Below the pieces are notes generated by a model. The model had not been told where the DNA came from and did no database searches. It was given only the letters and a program-made list of their open reading frames with translations. From Candidatus Coatesbacteria bacterium (GTDB taxonomy: Bacteria; JAFGND01), in assembly GCA_016927185.1 (NCBI GenBank), contig JAFGND010000070.1, positions 1 through 33,491 on the forward strand: DNA of 33,491 nt. Reading direction: 5' to 3'. Of the stretch, positions 29,193-33,491 are shown piece by piece. Positions within the stretch are counted from its first letter, which is position 1, and every line of letters starts with the position of its first letter. Both the position numbers and the translations under genes were made by a program.

Positions 29193-29325
29193 ATCCTTTA
29201 ATATATTATCAATTAAGATATTAGTTAATTATATATTATATGTAACTTCAAAAGAATCAAGAAAACCCTTGACAAAACTAGTCTTATACAATTTCTGTAT
29301 CTGCGAAAATCAAGAAAGGAGAAGT

Positions 29326-29988
29326 ATGTTCAAGAATGTTCTGGTTTTGTTTATTGCTATAGCTTTTGTATTGAGTTGTGGTGCCCCGGGACCCAAGGAT
29401 ACTATAGACAAGTTCTTTTCCTTGGCAAAGGAAAAGAAATTGGGTGATGTACAGAAACTTATTTATCAGGAAGATTATCAAATATATACTCAAGTGAAAG
29501 CTAAACTTGATGAACTTAAGGAGCTTGATCCAGGACAGGCAAAAACCGAAAGCGATAAATACGATATTTATGGAAAAATGTTGAAGTCTACAAAATATAA
29601 AATAGCTGAGGAGCCTAAAGAAAAAGATTCAGAATCTACTGTAAAAATAATATTATATCAGAATGATTCTGAAGAGACAATAGATTTGAAGTTGATAAAA
29701 AAAGAGAACAATTGGTTTATAAGACTTGATTCTGACGGAACAATGAAAGATGGAATCAGTCAGCTGGACAGAATAATAACAAATCTAAAGGAACAGAAAG
29801 AAGCAACAACCGCAAATGATTCAACCTCAAAATCAGATACTGAACTGAAAGATACTGAAGATTCTGCAAAAAATAAAGACAACGTCGATAAAAATGTTGA
29901 CAAAAAAGACAGTAAGTCAAAAACTAAAATCAAAAAAGGGAAAACTGCAAAAAAGAAGGCAGTGAAAGCTAAAAAGAAGAAAACTTAA
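29326..29988 (+). CDS. Lipoprotein (DUF4878/NTF2-like) with Lys-rich tail
   Basis: AAGGAG SD, lipobox VLSC, PKDTIDKFF and LIKKENNWFI. Start refined from 29269. Confidence 0.8.
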   Translation: MFKNVLVLFIAIAFVLSCGAPGPKDTIDKFFSLAKEKKLGDVQKLIYQEDYQIYTQVKAKLDELKELDPGQAKTESDKYDIYGKMLKSTKYKIAEEPKEKDSESTVKIILYQNDSEETIDLKLIKKENNWFIRLDSDGTMKDGISQLDRIITNLKEQKEATTANDSTSKSDTELKDTEDSAKNKDNVDKNVDKKDSKSKTKIKKGKTAKKKAVKAKKKKT

Positions 29989-30044
29989 TTAGAAGCTGCT
30001 TTCAAAGCAATAGTTAATGCTATTTGATCTTTAAGGGAGATATT

Positions 30045-31247
30045 TTGAAGACTCCACTTATACTTTGTTTTGTGCTTATCACTATAGGTTTTCTTAACTC
30101 CTCTCCTCCTTCCCTGGAACATGTAAGAAATGAGATAAAAGCAAGGAATCTCGAATGGTTTGCATCAGAAACATATAATTCAAAACTTCCATATGGTCTT
30201 GCAGGATTGAACTTGATGCATCTAAAAACCGAAAATCCTGGGGATGCCAATGTCAATTTCCTGTCTCATAATAATGATAAAAAACCAGTTTCTTTTTCTT
30301 GGAGAGATTATAAGGGCAGAGACTGGGTTACAAGTATCAAGAATCAAGGACAATGCGGTTCTTGCTGGGCATTTGCTGCATTAGCTGCCTGGGAAGTATC
30401 AATCAGAGTAGCTTATTCAAACCCTGATGAACAAATTGATTTAAGTGAGCAATTTCTTGTTTCTGATTGTTTCAAAGATGGAGATTGTAATGGTTGCTGG
30501 CCAAGTGCATTATATAAATTCCTGAAGAGCGAAGGCTGCATTGATGAAGCATGCTGGGTATACAGAGGAAGGAATACCCCATGTTACGGTCAATGCGAAG
30601 AATGGAATAGCAAGAAGCTTCTTCTCCGGGATTATAAATCAATCCTGAATAATAATGAAGCAGTGAAACAAGCAATAACAGTATCCCCTGTATCAACTAT
30701 AATGCAAGTATATGAGGATTTCTATTATTACTACAAATCAGGGATTTACAAGTATTCAATTGGAGAATCAATGGGACTTCATGCGATTACTATTATTGGA
30801 TATAATGATAACAACAATAATGGGTATTGGTACTGCAAGAATAGCTGGGGAGAGAATTGGGGAGAAGATGGTTTTTTCAAGATAGCATATAATCAGGCAA
30901 GAATTCCGTATCCAAATCAGACCCATCTTCCAATAGCTTTCTTCCAGGGTTTTGGAAATCCTGCAAAGACTGCAAAAGAAGTACCAAGAAAAAAAGAACT
31001 TCTTGTTACCCCAAATCCCTTTCTTGACAAAATTGACATCTGGTTTTATATTATGGAGAAAGGAAATATAGAAATCTCCATTTTTGACATTAATGGAAGA
31101 AAAATAAGAACTATTATCAAGGGCTATCATCAACCCGGAAGTTATTATTATAAGCAGAATAACATGAAAGAAAAACAGGGAATTTACTATATTGCCTTGA
31201 TCGGGAAAACTTATAAGATTATTACAAAACTTGTGAAAATAAACTAA
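30045..31247 (+). CDS. Papain-family (C1A) cysteine peptidase with T9SS-like C-terminal domain
   Basis: NQGQCGSCWAF, GLHAI and KNSWG; C-terminal PNPF...FDINGR...GIYY...KLVK. TTG 30045 follows a GGGAGA SD (ORF track start 30024). Confidence 0.92.
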   Translation: MKTPLILCFVLITIGFLNSSPPSLEHVRNEIKARNLEWFASETYNSKLPYGLAGLNLMHLKTENPGDANVNFLSHNNDKKPVSFSWRDYKGRDWVTSIKNQGQCGSCWAFAALAAWEVSIRVAYSNPDEQIDLSEQFLVSDCFKDGDCNGCWPSALYKFLKSEGCIDEACWVYRGRNTPCYGQCEEWNSKKLLLRDYKSILNNNEAVKQAITVSPVSTIMQVYEDFYYYYKSGIYKYSIGESMGLHAITIIGYNDNNNNGYWYCKNSWGENWGEDGFFKIAYNQARIPYPNQTHLPIAFFQGFGNPAKTAKEVPRKKELLVTPNPFLDKIDIWFYIMEKGNIEISIFDINGRKIRTIIKGYHQPGSYYYKQNNMKEKQGIYYIALIGKTYKIITKLVKIN

Positions 31248-31257
31248 GGAGGATGTT

Positions 31258-32751
31258 ATGAAGCTATTAACTTTGTTTCTATTATTGACTTTCAGCTTGA
31301 TTTCTGCAAGATCAAGGACATTCACACTTGAGGAATTAAGACTTGCAATAAAAGCTAAAGGTTATAACTGGCAAGCTGGAGAGACAAGCAATTCAAGGCT
31401 TCCAGAAGCTCTTCGCGGAATGAATGTCATGAAACTGGACAGAAACAAGCAACCAATCAATTCAAAACCAGACTATTTCGCTAAAGAAAATCTGAAAAGA
31501 CCTTCAAAGCTAGATTGGCGCGATTACAATGGTCATAACTGGATAACTCCGATCAGGAATCAGGGTGGATGTGGCTCATGCTGGGCATTTGGTTCAGTTG
31601 GAGCCTGGGAACCAGTTACAAGAATTGCACACAATAATGCCACAGAGGAAATTGACTACAGCGAGCAATATCTTGTTTCAGACTGCTTCCCTGCAGGCAA
31701 TTGCTCCGGTTGCTGGCCAAGCAGTCTGTATCCATTCCTTAAAAGCAATGGCTGCATAGATGAAGATTGCTGGCCATATGAAGGAAGAAATTCTGCATGC
31801 AATCCCAAGTGCACCGACTGGGAAAGCAGATTGGTAAAAATGACTGATTACAGGGTACTGGGACATGACAATGAGGCAGTCAAGCAGGCTGTAACTGAAG
31901 GACCTGTTTCAACAACAATGGATGTTTATGAGGACTTCTATTACAATTATACTGAAGGAGTTTACAGGCATACTTCAGGAGGAAGTGTCGGACTTCATGT
32001 TGTTGCAATTATTGGATATAATGACGATGAGGAAGGTGGATACTGGTATTGCAAGAATAGCTGGGGAACCGGCTGGGGTGAACAGGGTTTCTTCAGAATC
32101 GGTTATGATGAGGCAGAAATTCCATGGGCTAATGAGACTCACTTGCCAATAATGCAGGATGAAGCTGCAAAATCCATTACTGTTGTTTATCCAAATGGGG
32201 GAGAAAACCTTGATGGAGGTTCAAGCGTATTCATAGAATGGATTACAACGGGCAACATCAGCCTTGTGGATCTTTTCTTCAGCACTAATTCAGGAAATTC
32301 ATGGGAAACATTAGCAACAAATCAGAATAATAATGGCAGTTTCAACTGGACAGTACCTAATATTGATGCAATTAGCTGCCTTATCAAAATTGCTGACAGT
32401 CAGGATACAAGTGTTGACCAGAGTGATGGAGTTTTTGAAATTCACAGAACAACAGGATTCAACTTTGCTAAAGGCACGAAATTTGCTCCATCTAAATATG
32501 GATTGTCTATATCACCCATACCATTTTTCAAAAGAGCAATGCTGAAATTTGATTTGCCAAATTCAGATATGGTTAGTATTGAAATTTTTGACGTAAATGG
32601 GAAAAAAGTTTCAACTGTTTGCAAAAAGTATTTGCAATCTGGAAGATATAACATTTCAGTTGATACTTCAAAACTTAGAAGTGGAGTATATTTCTTCAAT
32701 ATGAAGACAGAGAATTATAATACGACTCTGAAAGCAATTCATCTTGACTAA
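31258..32751 (+). CDS. Papain-family (C1A) cysteine peptidase with Ig-like domain and T9SS-like C-terminal domain
   Basis: Signal peptide; NQGGCGSCWAF, GLHVV and KNSWG; ITVVYPNGGE Ig-like module; FDVNGK...SGVYF...K. Confidence 0.93.
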   Translation: MKLLTLFLLLTFSLISARSRTFTLEELRLAIKAKGYNWQAGETSNSRLPEALRGMNVMKLDRNKQPINSKPDYFAKENLKRPSKLDWRDYNGHNWITPIRNQGGCGSCWAFGSVGAWEPVTRIAHNNATEEIDYSEQYLVSDCFPAGNCSGCWPSSLYPFLKSNGCIDEDCWPYEGRNSACNPKCTDWESRLVKMTDYRVLGHDNEAVKQAVTEGPVSTTMDVYEDFYYNYTEGVYRHTSGGSVGLHVVAIIGYNDDEEGGYWYCKNSWGTGWGEQGFFRIGYDEAEIPWANETHLPIMQDEAAKSITVVYPNGGENLDGGSSVFIEWITTGNISLVDLFFSTNSGNSWETLATNQNNNGSFNWTVPNIDAISCLIKIADSQDTSVDQSDGVFEIHRTTGFNFAKGTKFAPSKYGLSISPIPFFKRAMLKFDLPNSDMVSIEIFDVNGKKVSTVCKKYLQSGRYNISVDTSKLRSGVYFFNMKTENYNTTLKAIHLD

Positions 32752-32804
32752 AAAATGAAAGGAGGATTTTTTCAGATATCAATTTTTTAACAAAAGGAGG
32801 AAAA

Positions 32805-33491
32805 ATGAAGTATGTAATTATTCTACTAGTCATGGCTTTGGCTATGCCTTTAGTGGCATTAGATCCATATATAATGACGCTAGAAGAATGTAGAGCTTAC
32901 ATCAAGGCAAACAATCTCAAATGGGAAGCAGGTGTAACCCCTTATACCAATATGCCAAAAGAAACTTTGAAAATGATGCTTACTGGCATGTATCTTCCCA
33001 TCGAAAGCAAGACAAAAAATAGCAATCATATTGTTAATTCAAACACTAAAAATCCTGAATATCTTGACTGGACAAACGTAGGTGGAACGAACTGGATGAC
33101 TTCAGTCAAGAATCAGGCTAGCTGCGGCTCATGCTGGGCATTTGCAGTCATGGGAACCTGGGAAGCAATGATAAATATCAATTCGAATAATTCCAATATT
33201 GACTGGGATGCATCAGAGCAATACATGGTTTCAACCTGCTACTCAGGAGGAAGCTGCGGAGGCGGACCTGCTGGAACAGGACCTGCAAACTGGGTAAAAG
33301 CTAATGGAGTACCAGATGAAGCATGCTATCCATACAAGGCTGCAAATTCCAACTGCAATGAAAGATGCTCTGACTGGGCAAGCAGATTGAAATATATCAA
33401 GACTGTTACTAATGTTTGCACATCAGCAAATACTGAAGCAATCAAGGCAGCATTGAGAAATGGACCGGTTGGCACAGCAATGCAGGCAACA
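32805..33491 (+). CDS. Papain-family (C1A) cysteine peptidase, truncated by window end
   Basis: Not in the ORF track. AAGGAGG SD; MKYVIILLVMALAMPLVA signal peptide; LDW...VKNQASCGSCWAF and SEQY; no stop seen before the window end. Confidence 0.92.
   Translation, partial: MKYVIILLVMALAMPLVALDPYIMTLEECRAYIKANNLKWEAGVTPYTNMPKETLKMMLTGMYLPIESKTKNSNHIVNSNTKNPEYLDWTNVGGTNWMTSVKNQASCGSCWAFAVMGTWEAMININSNNSNIDWDASEQYMVSTCYSGGSCGGGPAGTGPANWVKANGVPDEACYPYKAANSNCNERCSDWASRLKYIKTVTNVCTSANTEAIKAALRNGPVGTAMQAT

Noticed and set aside
30768-31325. 185-aa minus-strand ORF
   Set aside because: Antisense to a well-supported peptidase.
1-33491. CRISPR arrays, tRNA/rRNA, IS or phage genes, stop-codon recoding
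   Set aside because: No spaced repeats, RNA gene signatures, transposase or integrase motifs, or interrupted conserved genes were seen by eye.

Overview
AT-rich, densely coding chromosomal window from a diderm, probably anaerobic bacterium. T9SS-type C-terminal sorting domains together with a TWGxIK motif point to an FCB-related candidate phylum; this is inference. In order, the window holds: a secreted Ig-like protein, a GH18 hydrolase with a sorting domain, and GT2/GT4 glycosyltransferases; a minus-strand SPFH / PP2C-like pseudophosphatase / spermidine-synthase-like membrane protein cluster; two tandem uncharacterised secreted paralogs divergent from a FadL/PorV-like barrel-SppA fusion; mreBCD-mrdA, with an orphan gene where rodA usually sits; SPOR and LamG lipoproteins; DUF3108, acpS and a zinc-ribbon gene; an ExeA-like ATPase, a TPR protein and hutI; a flxCBA-like Fe-S/flavin module; and three tandem papain-family peptidases, the last truncated. 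I saw no rRNA, tRNA, CRISPR or mobile element. The best candidates for undescribed biology are the TWGGIKKMY-tail paralogs with the barrel-SppA, the membrane pseudophosphatase cluster with a probable ATA start, and a candidate sRNA near 21955-22024.
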